A DNA stretch of 64,000 nt. It comes from a candidate division CPR3 bacterium GWF2_35_18. GTDB lineage: Bacteria > Patescibacteriota > CPR3 > GWF2-35-18. Position numbers and translations under genes: made by a program. The notes below the pieces were generated by a model, which made no database searches, was not told the origin of the DNA, and saw only the letters and a list, made by a program, of their open reading frames with translations. Shown here piece after piece: positions 29,433-39,793 of the stretch. The first letter of the stretch is position 1; every line of letters begins with the position of its first letter. The stretch spans positions 17,467-81,466 of the forward strand of contig MESW01000005.1 in NCBI GenBank assembly GCA_001771135.1. The letters run 5' to 3'.

Positions 29433-30302
29433 CTAGACAATCCGACCGCCCTCTTTGATCATCCAGGCATAAAAGTCCCCCGGGCGGGAATGAGCAAAAC
29501 CGATATCAAAGCGTAAGAAAATATCTTTATAATCAGTATTGATAAATACAGTTCGGAATTTATCCTCAAGACCATCGAAACTGACGCCATAGGGATCGGG
29601 AAGAAGGTTGAAAACTTCTGCCCGCGTTAACGTGGTCTCGATGTCAAACTGCATCACTGGCACTTTGTTGTAATCGGAATAAACAAATTCGAACTTCGGA
29701 TTGCGATTTACTGTGGTATTCGTGATCCCTTTTTCATTTTCGGCTTTGGTACAGGGAATGATAAACGGCCACTCCTCACCCTCCGGGTAACGGACAAGGT
29801 AACAACTTTCCGCAATCATTTCCCGAAAGGAAAGATATTCTTTTTCCGGGATATCCACGCTCGAAAAGTTCATTCCGGTATGATTCACCTCTTTGCATTT
29901 TCCTTTGAATCGCGAAAGTAACTGTGCTAGCGTCAACTGATAATATTTCTTACGATTAGCGGTAACGACGCAATATTCGCCCGCTGCATCTTTTTTGATT
30001 TCAAATTTTTTATTTGAATCAGAAGCCGATTGTAATTTCGGTACATTGAAACCAAAGCGCAAACCACCAGCTTGATAGAGTTTTTGTGGTATTTCCGGAT
30101 CCTGAAATGAAACCGATACCGCTTCTTCGTCAAAAAATATTTCCGTGGTAGGAAGAAGTTTCCGACTACCGAGAGTTATAGTCTTGTCATTAAGCATTTT
30201 CACGTTATGGCAAGATGATAATAACGAAATGAAATCAGCAGCAAAGCTCTGATTCCAAGGAGCAGTAGATTTTCTGAGTTTGAGTTGGATGTTATTAATC
30301 AT
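29433..30302 (-). CDS. Hypothetical protein
   Basis: 289-aa ORF; no recognised family. Confidence 0.7.
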   Translation of the reverse strand: MINNIQLKLRKSTAPWNQSFAADFISLLSSCHNVKMLNDKTITLGSRKLLPTTEIFFDEEAVSVSFQDPEIPQKLYQAGGLRFGFNVPKLQSASDSNKKFEIKKDAAGEYCVVTANRKKYYQLTLAQLLSRFKGKCKEVNHTGMNFSSVDIPEKEYLSFREMIAESCYLVRYPEGEEWPFIIPCTKAENEKGITNTTVNRNPKFEFVYSDYNKVPVMQFDIETTLTRAEVFNLLPDPYGVSFDGLEDKFRTVFINTDYKDIFLRFDIGFAHSRPGDFYAWMIKEGGRIV

Positions 30303-30331
30303 AAAATTATACTTCTAAAATATATTATTTT

Positions 30332-30721
30332 TTAAATCTGATTTGCTTGCTGATCATCAAAAAAGCGTTTTATTTCGTTTGATAATTGTTCCAATGTCAA
30401 AGATGATTTTATAAGAAATTTGATCGCTCCAAGTTTTAAACACTCATTAACTATTTGTTCATTACCGAGATTTGAACAGACCATGATAGGAGTATTTTTT
30501 GAAATGTCATTCGATTTAATTCTTTTTATTACTTGCATTCCGTCAAATTTTGGAAGCATTATGCAAGTGATAATTAAATCGTACTTATTAGTAAAAGCTA
30601 AGTTAATGCCTTTTTCACCATCCAGAGCAAAATCAACAGTATAACCTGCTCCTTCGAATGACTCTTTCAAAATTGAAACTAAATAATCACTATCTTCAAT
30701 CCAAAGTATTTTTTTAGGCAT
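30332..30721 (-). CDS. Single-domain response regulator receiver with phosphoacceptor Asp replaced by Cys
   Basis: ILWIEDS, DLIITCIMLPKFDG, PIMVCSN, GAIKFLIK. Confidence 0.88.
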   Translation of the reverse strand: MPKKILWIEDSDYLVSILKESFEGAGYTVDFALDGEKGINLAFTNKYDLIITCIMLPKFDGMQVIKRIKSNDISKNTPIMVCSNLGNEQIVNECLKLGAIKFLIKSSLTLEQLSNEIKRFFDDQQANQI

Positions 30722-30726
30722 AAAAA

Positions 30727-33136
30727 TTATTTATATAAATATTCAGAATTTATTTTTGCATACAGATTTTTCTGAAACGCAAAGAAAATTGATCTAATAT
30801 CTTCAACATCACCAAGAGACTCTTCTGCATTTGCAATTGCTTGATATTTTAGATTCAACAATACTGGTAGTTTTTCTTCGTCCAATTCTTCAACACCCTT
30901 TTCTTCATATTTAGATAAAACAAAATCCAAGAATTCTTTTTGTTTTGTATCTAAACCTTTGTAAATTTTATCTTTTGATTGTTCAACTCGCTGCACCCTC
31001 GTAATCGGTTGAGTTAAAAATGATATGTATGAAAGTACGTCGAATAAATCACTCTGTTCTGCATCAATCATTTTTTGTAATGTTTCTAGTTCATCCCTAC
31101 CATAACCAATTTCCGCTATTTTATCTAAAAATGCCTTACGAGTTGTCGGGTTGGACCAAATCTTTCGGAGCTCTTCTTCACTTTGGAAAAACTCCGGCAT
31201 GGTACCAAACATCTTATCCATAAACTCCTGAATTGAAATCGGTTTTCCATCGGCACTCCAAAATGAAGTTGCAATCATGTGTTTTATCTCTCGTTCTTTC
31301 CCATCCCGTAATTTAATTTTCAATATTTTTTTCGGTGTATTTCCACATTGACATGGAAATTTCCCGCATACAGGACATAATGCATGTTCTTTAATACATA
31401 CGCATGGTTCTTGCCCACAAACCGGACAAATTCTAGGAGGCTTTACATCACAAATACAAGGATCCTTTCCACACTTTAAACAAATTTCAGCCATTGATTC
31501 ACCATCCCATTCCGGATCAGAAAAATGCTTGTGAGCATCAACAAAGTCATATATCGTAAAATATTCTTTTCCGTCAAAAAGTCTCGTTCCTCGACCAATA
31601 ATCTGTTTGAACTCAATCATGGAATTGATTGGTCTCATCAAAACAATATTTCGGATATTACGTGCGTCCACTCCGGTAGAAAGTTTTTGTGAAGTCGTGA
31701 GAATTGTGGGTATTGTTTTTTCATTATCTTGAAATTCACGTAAAAACTGATCTCCTCGAGCTCCATCATTGGCAGTAACGCGGACACAATAATTTGGATC
31801 TTTACTATCTTTCATTTGATTAATTAAGTCTCGAACCGCCAGCGCATGATCTTGGGTGGCGCAGAATATAATCGTCTTTTCGTTTTGGTTTATTTCATCT
31901 AATATTACACGAACTCTTTTGGCCTCACGCTCTTTGATAACAATAATTCGATTGAAATCAGGTTCTTCATAAATTTTGCCTTCTTCTACTTCTCCTTCAA
32001 TTATTTGATCGTCAGAAGTATACACATAATCATCAATTGTGGTTTTGATTCGTTTAATTTTGAAAGGTGTCAGAAATCCATCGTTTACACCTTCTTTGAG
32101 AGAATAAATATATACTGGTTCTCCAAAATATTTATAAGTATCAATATTATCTTTTCTTTTTGGAGTAGCCGTGAGACCAAGCTGAACTGCTGGAGAAAAA
32201 TATTCCATAATCCCTCGCCAATTACCTTCATCATTTGCCCCGCCACGATGACATTCGTCAATAATAATAAAATCAAAGAAGTCAGGAGGATAATCGCCAA
32301 AATATGGCGAACCATTTGGACCGCTCACAAAAGTTTGGAAAATCGTAAAATAAACACTCCCACTCATTGGAACTCCACCTTTTTTACGAATATCAAGGGT
32401 ATTGATACGAACTAGCGCATCAGAAGGAAATGCGGAAAAGTTATTGTATGCTTGATCAGCTAAAATATTTCTATCAGCCAAAAATAATATTCTTGGTCTA
32501 CGAGCTCCATCTCGTTTCAGATTCCAACGAGTTTGAAAAAGTTTCCAAGCTACTTGAAAAGCCACGGCAGTTTTTCCGGTTCCAGTTGCCATGGTCAAAA
32601 GAATTCTAGGTTTTTCTTCTGATACTGCATTCAAAATATTATTGATGGCAATTTCTTGATAATACCGTTTTCCGTATTCGCCTTCATTAGGTATGCTGGC
32701 AAATTTATCTTTCCATTCATTCCAACCCGCTTTGCCAGCAGGTAGGTCTAAAAATGTTTTATTCCATAATTCTAAAGGAGTCGGAAAACTGGCAATATTT
32801 CCTTCTTTTCCAGTTTCCATGGAGATTTCATAAAGCTCTTTACCATTAGTGGAATAGGTATAGTTAATCTTCATTTTTTGCGCATACGCTTTGGCTTGAG
32901 CCACACCTTCAGTCGCTTCAAAGTTTTCAGCTTTAGCTTCTATGACTGCAATTTTGCGATTTTTATATACCAAAATATAATCAGCAATCTCTGATTTACT
33001 TCGAACTCCCCCGGACTGAATTCTTCCTTCGGTAATACGATATTCACGCAGGATTTTTGATCCTTCGACTTCACCCCAACCACTAGCTTTTAATTTTGGA
33101 TCAATATATTCGGCTCTTGTTTCTGATTCGTTCATA
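30727..33136 (-). CDS. hsdR: Type I restriction endonuclease subunit R (EcoAI/EcoEI-like); likely start MNESETR at 33136
   Basis: ADY..IEAK nuclease motif, MATGTGKT, DECH, TATP, KQIIGRGTR. Confidence 0.95.
32725..32747. repeat. Degenerate GC-rich palindromic repeat apparently inserted in-frame in hsdR (LPAGKAG)
   Basis: ACCCGCTTTGCCAGCAGGTAGGT resembles the CCTGCCTGCCGGCAGGCAGG-type palindromes recalled from CPR genomes. Confidence 0.5.
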
Positions 33137-34279
33137 TTATTTCCTAAATAGTTTAATATAATCATCCATCACAAAAATACGGTTTCGGGAAAAACCTGTT
33201 TTTTCCTTTAGAATACCTAAGGTTACAAAATCCTGCACTAGGTTATTTGCAGCGACATACTGAATATCAAGAATTTTTTCCACGTTTTTAATACTTATCA
33301 CCGGTTCAGAAAACAAATTTATGAGGAGATCTCGTCCTCTCTTGGACTTTTTACCCAAGGTGGAAATCTTACCCTCAAAGATACTTCGAAGGGTAATAAT
33401 ATTCTCAAAGGTTCTTTTTGATTTTTTTGCGGTCTCGGTCACACCTTCCAAGAAAAATAAAATCCACTGCCCCAAATCATCACTTCTTCTTACCTTATCA
33501 AGAGAGTCATAATAAGATTGTCTATGTGTCTCAAAAAAATCAGATATGTACAGAACAGGATATTTCAAAAACTTTTTCTCAATAAGCTGAAGAGAAATAA
33601 CTAAACGACCAATACGCCCATTACCGTCTAAAAATGGATGAATAGTTTCGAATTGATAGTGTCCAATTGCTATTTTAATAAGGACAGGTATGTCGAGAGA
33701 ATTGTTATGCCAAAACTTTTCCCAATCAGATAGTAATTCCGGAAGATGCTGAATATGTGGGGGAACGAAATGGGCGGTATCTATAGATGCACCACCAATC
33801 CAATTTTGACTTGTGCGAACTTCTCCGGGGCGTTTAACTTCTCCCCGCACACCAGACAAAAGAATATGATGCACTTCTTTAACCAAACGCATGGAAACAG
33901 GTAACTGCTTCAAATTACTAATCGCTTGATTCATGGCCGTTATGTAATTCTGAACTTCTTTCCAATCATCTCTTTTTTCTGGATCAATTTCATCCTCTGA
34001 GAGAAGAGCTTCATCCATTCCCGTCTTTGTGCCTTCAATCTTTGACGAACTCACTGCCTCAGACATCACATGCATCTGGATAAAAAAATCTACATCCGGC
34101 ACGAGCGTCCCGTAAGCATTGAGCTCCCCCAAAAGTCGCGTAGCTTCTTCCAAAGAGACCAATATCTTTTTATTATCTATATCAAAGTCATGATTAACGA
34201 GTGTCGGTAAAAAATACTCATAATGATGAGCTGTGTTCGGTTCAAAAACTATATTTTTACCTGATGTATAATTCTTCAT
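33137..34279 (-). CDS. Fic family AMPylase
   Basis: [12 protein letters not shown]; N-terminal inhibitory-type SSKIEG; C-terminal wHTH. Confidence 0.95.
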   Translation of the reverse strand: MKNYTSGKNIVFEPNTAHHYEYFLPTLVNHDFDIDNKKILVSLEEATRLLGELNAYGTLVPDVDFFIQMHVMSEAVSSSKIEGTKTGMDEALLSEDEIDPEKRDDWKEVQNYITAMNQAISNLKQLPVSMRLVKEVHHILLSGVRGEVKRPGEVRTSQNWIGGASIDTAHFVPPHIQHLPELLSDWEKFWHNNSLDIPVLIKIAIGHYQFETIHPFLDGNGRIGRLVISLQLIEKKFLKYPVLYISDFFETHRQSYYDSLDKVRRSDDLGQWILFFLEGVTETAKKSKRTFENIITLRSIFEGKISTLGKKSKRGRDLLINLFSEPVISIKNVEKILDIQYVAANNLVQDFVTLGILKEKTGFSRNRIFVMDDYIKLFRK

Positions 34280-34285
34280 AAAAGT

Positions 34286-34314
34286 AATATAACATTCCTT
34301 ATTATTATTTGCAA
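34286..34314 (-). promoter_or_regulatory. Sigma70-type promoter, probably giving a leaderless Fic mRNA
   Basis: TTGCAA-17 bp-TATATT with TG extension; -10 ends 6 nt before ATG. Confidence 0.6.
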
Positions 34315-34399
34315 GGCTAAAAGATAATATAAATAATCATACTATCTTTTGAATTCTGCCAAAAATCTATAATTCTACACCAAAAACTCTTTCGTCATT

Positions 34400-34448
34400 G
34401 TCATTCCCGTCCCCGCCTTCGCGAGGATAAACTCCAGCGGGAATCCAG
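34400..34448. repeat. REP/dRS3-like palindrome with a nested internal hairpin
   Basis: GTCATTCCCG...CGGGAATCCAG enclosing TCCCCGCCTTCGCGAGGA; GC-rich patch just after the hsdS stop. Confidence 0.7.
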
Positions 34449-34450
34449 AT

Positions 34451-35632
34451 TTATAGTTCTCCATTAAAAGCTTTTTTGAGAACTGATTTTTTCAGTTCTT
34501 CTAGATCTGCTATTTTTTGTTTATATATTGCTTCCAGCTTTTTGGTTTCAGCAGAAAGCGCATCGAGTTTGGCGACGATGGATTTTTGTTCGGGAATAGA
34601 TGGAATATCAATTTTTTGAATTTTAAAAATTGCATGCGTAATGTCTGGTTGAGCCACTCTTCCAGCTAGATCTAAAATTTTGGATTTAAAAATTGGATTT
34701 TGTAACCAAATAAACAAATAATCCTTGGTTAATACTGATTTCGGTACAATCTTAAATGAGTTGTTATGCAAAATACCTTTCCTACCCCTAAAAACTAACC
34801 CTAATGAGCCCGTTCTTGTATAAATAATGTCTGATTCGTTTACGAGAGCATTTTTAGGGTAATTATTAGGATCAATATATTGTTCTTCTGTATTATTTTT
34901 TAAGTCCTTAATCCTTAATAAGGGTAAATTACTTTTTTTAACTAATGCATGTTTAGTTTTAGCATTTATAGCTATTCCTTGGTATAAATCACAAACATCG
35001 CCCAAACTTTTTTCTTCCCAATCCTTCCCCGGATTTGCAAAGACACTCTGCAAATACGATTCAAAAAGCTCTTTTGTATTTTGGAGATTTTTTCCCGCAT
35101 TTTCTTTCGCTTTTTCTATCTTTTCAAAAACCTCATCCAGGATTTTGACGATGCGGTGTTGTTCGGAGAGGGATGGGAGAGGGATTTTTATTTGTTTTAA
35201 AATCTTAACTGAAGCAACGTTTTTAATTGCCACCCCTTTTGAAATTTTTTTTAGACTATCTTGAAAGCCTTTGCTTTGCATCCATAACTTCAAAAATTCA
35301 TTTGATATTTGTTTTGATGGGGTTAATTTCAGCAATGCTTGATTAATTATTCCTTTTTTAATGTTTTTTGGAGCTATTGCTATTTTTCCCATTGTTCCCG
35401 AACAGCTCATTATTAAATCACCTGATTTTAATTCAAATCTTTCCATTTCTTTAAATTTTTTTTCATCAATAAAGTATCGGCTATTATCAAATTGATTGTA
35501 AATTGCATGCTGTTGCTCATAAACCGCATAACCGTCTTTCTTGAAAATAGATTTCGTAAGACTTCCCCCGAAAGGTCCTCTTACAAAATCACAAACCTCA
35601 CCGAGTTTTTTTGTTTGCCAGTTAGTTTTCAT
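34451..35632 (-). CDS. hsdS: Type I RM specificity subunit S
   Basis: Two TRDs, each starting W...LG.VCD and ending IP.P...EQ..IV..LD; KAFNGEL terminus. Confidence 0.95.
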   Translation of the reverse strand: MKTNWQTKKLGEVCDFVRGPFGGSLTKSIFKKDGYAVYEQQHAIYNQFDNSRYFIDEKKFKEMERFELKSGDLIMSCSGTMGKIAIAPKNIKKGIINQALLKLTPSKQISNEFLKLWMQSKGFQDSLKKISKGVAIKNVASVKILKQIKIPLPSLSEQHRIVKILDEVFEKIEKAKENAGKNLQNTKELFESYLQSVFANPGKDWEEKSLGDVCDLYQGIAINAKTKHALVKKSNLPLLRIKDLKNNTEEQYIDPNNYPKNALVNESDIIYTRTGSLGLVFRGRKGILHNNSFKIVPKSVLTKDYLFIWLQNPIFKSKILDLAGRVAQPDITHAIFKIQKIDIPSIPEQKSIVAKLDALSAETKKLEAIYKQKIADLEELKKSVLKKAFNGEL

Positions 35633-37617
35633 ACTTTTCTTGTTAAATCAATAATCATTGGGACATTTGATTTTACTGCCTTTCCTGCAACTATTGCGTT
35701 GTATTGTTTTAAATTTGGCAACGTCAACACAAGATCTTTTCCAACATAATTACCTAAAAAATTAAAACTTGTTTCATCAAATGCTTGGAAACAGATTACT
35801 GTATTACATTGAGTCAAAATTGTTTTTGAGACATTTGCCGTTCTCTGTGCAATAACAAGCAAACCAATTCCATATTTTCTTCCCTGTAGAGCTATTTGCC
35901 CCATTTTATTTACAATTGCCTTGCTATCGAAATTATTAACTCCTAAAAAGGATGCTTCTGGTACTATTGTATGAGCTTCTTCTAATACAAGAGATATTTT
36001 TGTGGGGGTTTTTTCATCATATTTCTTTTTTGAAAAATTAAATATTGCTTCAAAAAGTTTCTCGGTTGCATTTATAACTTCAACTGTATTACTCATTACT
36101 GGCAATTCAACGATACCAATTTTATCTGAACCATTTAGAAAATTATCAATATTGTCTTTATTTAAAACTGTAACAATAACTTTAATATTTTCTAATTCCG
36201 TTTTCCATTCGCCGGTAAAATCAACACAGATAATTTTAGTATCTTTTGTAAGTTCTTTTATAATTTCGCGGGCTAGAAAAGATTTTCCCGATCCAGTTAC
36301 CCCTAAAAGTGCCATATGATGACTAACAGCATGATCTAGGTTAATAACAGAGGGTAGTGTCGTATTTGGGATTATCCCGAGTTTGTATTCAGGATATTTA
36401 AAACTTTTCACCTTTATATCAGATGTATTTGCTTTAAAAACTGGAGTATTGATAGACGGAACCCAACCAAATTTTTGAAATGATAATTTATCATTTTGCC
36501 ATTCTCCAAGCTGAATTGCTTCACCCTCAATAAAGCCAGTTTCGTTTTGGGCTTCTAACTTCTCTTTTTCAGTACTACCTGCAATTACTTGATAAAATAA
36601 TCTCTTATCGCCGACCTTTAATTCAAGCAAATCACCTTCCTGTAAGTCATCACTCTTTTTTGAATACTCAAATTTAATTTTTCCAATAGTAGAGTTTTCA
36701 ATAACTATGCCCACAAGACTATCAACATTTAATTCTTTATTTGTTGTATCAACCTCCTCAGAGTCAATTATTTTATAAACCATGTTTTTTTCTAGCTTTC
36801 CACCTTTTTTTTCAATTTCTCCTAATTGAAGAATTTTTGCCCATTTTCCCTGATTTAGTAAATATGTATCAAAAACTATTCCTGTAATAATAAAATCTAT
36901 TGTATCTTGCATGGAATACATAAACTTAACCACATCAAATTTTTTTATACTCTTTCTGTCCTTAAGAAGCTTTACAAGAAAAATCTTTTTTGACTGAACG
37001 CCAAATATTTCCCCAATCTGATCCCCTACGTCCTTTTTAATAGAAATGGCGAAACTTCCGTGAATATTTTTCGGATTTATTGATAAAATACAAAACCACA
37101 AAATGAATAAAATCAGAGTGTAGAGATTCTGAATTGAATGGTACGTTAGTAAAAAATAAATAAAGACAGAAGAATAAAGTACTCGCCCCTGCCCAATAAT
37201 AACCACAACATCTTTAAGTTTAGTTGCTACTTTATTTCCCCAATAATCTGGACTTTTATCCTTATCATCAAGAGAAAGTGCAATTATGGAGGCGGCGAGA
37301 AGTAGAATCAATATAACAATCGTTGTCCACCAAAACACTATATTCTCAAAAGAAGTTTTAATTGCGAGGAATACCAATAAAAGTGGAATTACGTTTGTGA
37401 TGACATTTTTCGGCGAGGTGTAATAGGGTTCAACGAATAAAATAGAAAACATAATCATAAAAATGCCTGAATAAAACCATAGATCTTTAGTTTCTGTGCT
37501 TGGTAAAAAAGTTCCAAAAGAAAAATATTGGACAATCACAAAAACAACAAAAAAAATGCCAAATATTATGAATCTATTTTTCGTTAAAAAACTAATATTT
37601 TTAAATAAATCTTTCAT
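35629..37617 (-). CDS. Multi-TM protein fused to a HerA/DUF87-type ATPase
   Basis: About six TM helices (aa 15-180); HMALLGVTGSGKS, CVDFTGEW, LVLEEAH, GRKYG, AQR, LTQCNT; 4-nt overlaps with hsdM and hsdS. Confidence 0.88.
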   Translation of the reverse strand: MKDLFKNISFLTKNRFIIFGIFFVVFVIVQYFSFGTFLPSTETKDLWFYSGIFMIMFSILFVEPYYTSPKNVITNVIPLLLVFLAIKTSFENIVFWWTTIVILILLLAASIIALSLDDKDKSPDYWGNKVATKLKDVVVIIGQGRVLYSSVFIYFLLTYHSIQNLYTLILFILWFCILSINPKNIHGSFAISIKKDVGDQIGEIFGVQSKKIFLVKLLKDRKSIKKFDVVKFMYSMQDTIDFIITGIVFDTYLLNQGKWAKILQLGEIEKKGGKLEKNMVYKIIDSEEVDTTNKELNVDSLVGIVIENSTIGKIKFEYSKKSDDLQEGDLLELKVGDKRLFYQVIAGSTEKEKLEAQNETGFIEGEAIQLGEWQNDKLSFQKFGWVPSINTPVFKANTSDIKVKSFKYPEYKLGIIPNTTLPSVINLDHAVSHHMALLGVTGSGKSFLAREIIKELTKDTKIICVDFTGEWKTELENIKVIVTVLNKDNIDNFLNGSDKIGIVELPVMSNTVEVINATEKLFEAIFNFSKKKYDEKTPTKISLVLEEAHTIVPEASFLGVNNFDSKAIVNKMGQIALQGRKYGIGLLVIAQRTANVSKTILTQCNTVICFQAFDETSFNFLGNYVGKDLVLTLPNLKQYNAIVAGKAVKSNVPMIIDLTRKV

Positions 37618-39065
37618 ATAAGTTTTTTAATATTACTTAAAATATTACCACTCTCCTCGTCCAGCTTCCTCATCTCTTTTAGTATATCCTTCGGTTCTCT
37701 CAAAACCACTTCATCATTTTTATTCGGATTTTTGACTGATAAATCAAATGTTTTTTGATCAATATTCTTCACATCCTCACTCCACGAATTTCCACTATCT
37801 GCCTTCGTCTTTTGCAATTCCACAAATTCCGCCAAATCGTTTTCATTTAAGGGATGACCTTTACCGAGATTACGAGCGAGATTGAGCTGGTAGAACCACA
37901 CTTTTTTCGTCGGCGCGCCTTTTTCGAAAAACAAGACCACAGTCTTTACCCCAGCTCCAGCAAAAACCCCACCAGGTAAATCAAGCACCGTGTGCAGATT
38001 ACAATTCTCTAGAAGGAGTTTGCGCAAAGAAACAGAGGCATTATCAGTATTGCTTAGAAAAGTATTCTTGATAACAATACCAGCCTTCCCGCCAGCTTTT
38101 AGAATTTTAATAAAATGTTGGAGAAAAAGAAAAGCCGTTTCGCCAGTCTTGATCGGGAAGTTTTGTTGGATTTCTCGTCCGATACCAGCACCAAAAGGTG
38201 GATTAGCAAGAACTACATCGTAACGATCTTTTTCTTGAATATCGTTAATATTTTCCGAAAGCGTATTCATATGTCTGATATTCGGCGCTTCAATACCGTG
38301 CAGGATCATATTCATGATGCCGATGATGTAAGCGAGAGATTTTATCTCTTTACCATAAAAAGTTTTATTTTGAAGTCTTTCCATCTCACCCGAAGAAAGC
38401 GTGGATTTATTCTGCATAAGATAATTATAAGATTCCACCAAAAATCCTGCGCTTCCACAAGCGCCATCATAAATAGTTTCACCAATCTTCGGTTTCACTA
38501 CCTTAACAATAGTTTTAATAAGTGGCCGTGGCGTGTAGTATTCACCACCGTTTCGTCCGGCGTTCCCCATATTCTTAATTTTCGCCTCATAGAGATGAGA
38601 AAGCTCGTGTTTCTCTTCGTACAAGCGAAAATGCATACCATCCACAATATTCAAAATCTTCCGTAAGGTATAACCGCTCACTATTTTATTTTTCAGCTCA
38701 TGAAAAATCTCACCAATTTTATACTCAATAGTGTTTGGTTCTTCTGCTCTGAATTTCTTAAGATAGGGAAAAAGTTTGTTGTTTACGAAATCTTTAAGAT
38801 CATCACCATCCAGCGCTTTGTTGTGATCCAATTTACCATCGCCATTTTTGGGACAAGCCCATGTGTTCCATCGGTATTCTGGAGATAAAATATATTCGTA
38901 TTTCTTACCAGCTAGAGCTGCTTCTGTCTTTTTGGTCTCCTCGAGATCATCCAGATATTTTAGAAATAGAATCCAGGAAGTTTGTTCAACATAATCAAGT
39001 TCCGTAGCACAACCAGAATCAGTACGAAGAATATCATCAATGTTTTTAAAGGATTGTTCAAACAT
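37614..39065 (-). CDS. hsdM: Type I RM methyltransferase subunit M (N6-adenine)
   Basis: GEYYTPR, YDGACGSAGFL, LANPPF. Confidence 0.97.
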   Translation of the reverse strand: MFEQSFKNIDDILRTDSGCATELDYVEQTSWILFLKYLDDLEETKKTEAALAGKKYEYILSPEYRWNTWACPKNGDGKLDHNKALDGDDLKDFVNNKLFPYLKKFRAEEPNTIEYKIGEIFHELKNKIVSGYTLRKILNIVDGMHFRLYEEKHELSHLYEAKIKNMGNAGRNGGEYYTPRPLIKTIVKVVKPKIGETIYDGACGSAGFLVESYNYLMQNKSTLSSGEMERLQNKTFYGKEIKSLAYIIGIMNMILHGIEAPNIRHMNTLSENINDIQEKDRYDVVLANPPFGAGIGREIQQNFPIKTGETAFLFLQHFIKILKAGGKAGIVIKNTFLSNTDNASVSLRKLLLENCNLHTVLDLPGGVFAGAGVKTVVLFFEKGAPTKKVWFYQLNLARNLGKGHPLNENDLAEFVELQKTKADSGNSWSEDVKNIDQKTFDLSVKNPNKNDEVVLREPKDILKEMRKLDEESGNILSNIKKLI

Positions 39066-39152
39066 AGTTTTTATTTGTTAAATACTACTGTAGTATAAGT
39101 CTTTTTGATTATTCAGACAATAAAAAACAGGAAAATATCTATTTGATAGGCC

Positions 39153-39629
39153 TTACAATCCCCACTTCTTCATCTCATACCTTCCACTCTTCTCAAGCAA
39201 ACTAATCTCCTCTTTGATCACCTTAATATCTTCATCATTAAGTGGAATGAAGGGATCGTAGAAACCAGTGGCGCGGTCGGGGAGATAGACGGATTCCGGA
39301 AGAGGCTGATATTTCACGCCCAGAACCCGACCAAAAACATGCATATGTAAAACCGGCTTTTTATTTTGCTTCCACGCCCAATTTCCCATCTCCTGATAGT
39401 TAATCTTAAGAACCGGTATTCCCCGCCTATTCATGCCTTTATAGAGCGCTTCCCCCATCATCGAGTATAGACGTATATATTCAATCGCCTGACGCGGAGT
39501 CAACATCGTGCAGTCTTGGATAGACTCGTCAAGCGAATAAACGCGCAGATGCCCGCCTTCTTCACGGCTCACAAACGGTTTTGGGTGTGGATGCACTGTA
39601 AAATTTTCGGTTTTGTAGATTTCAATCAC
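39153..39629 (-). CDS. HIT-like protein
   Basis: VSREEGGH, INYQEMGNW, LHMHVFGR. Confidence 0.75.
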   Translation of the reverse strand: MIEIYKTENFTVHPHPKPFVSREEGGHLRVYSLDESIQDCTMLTPRQAIEYIRLYSMMGEALYKGMNRRGIPVLKINYQEMGNWAWKQNKKPVLHMHVFGRVLGVKYQPLPESVYLPDRATGFYDPFIPLNDEDIKVIKEEISLLEKSGRYEMKKWGL

Positions 39630-39760
39630 TTTTTATTAATATATTTCAATAAAGCAACAATGCCAAGAATCAACAACGTTACAACAAGAAGATAAATAAT
39701 CCAAGAGAAAAACATCACACCTCCACCACTACCACCCATCATATATCCATAATCCATCAT
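39626..39760 (-). CDS. Small membrane protein (44 aa)
   Basis: GGAGGTG RBS; MMDYGYMMGG...single TM...KYINKK. Confidence 0.75.
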   Translation of the reverse strand: MMDYGYMMGGSGGGVMFFSWIIYLLVVTLLILGIVALLKYINKK

Positions 39761-39793
39761 AATATTTCTCACCTCCCTTTGTAATCCAGATAC

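Noticed and set aside
34451-35632. Phase-variable hsdS shuffling
   Set aside because: Single hsdS, no recombinase, and no silent TRD copies or long inverted repeats seen
23000-39793. Integrative island or prophage at tRNA-Pro
   Set aside because: The region looks accessory, but I found no integrase, no phage genes and no duplicated tRNA 3' end (att site)
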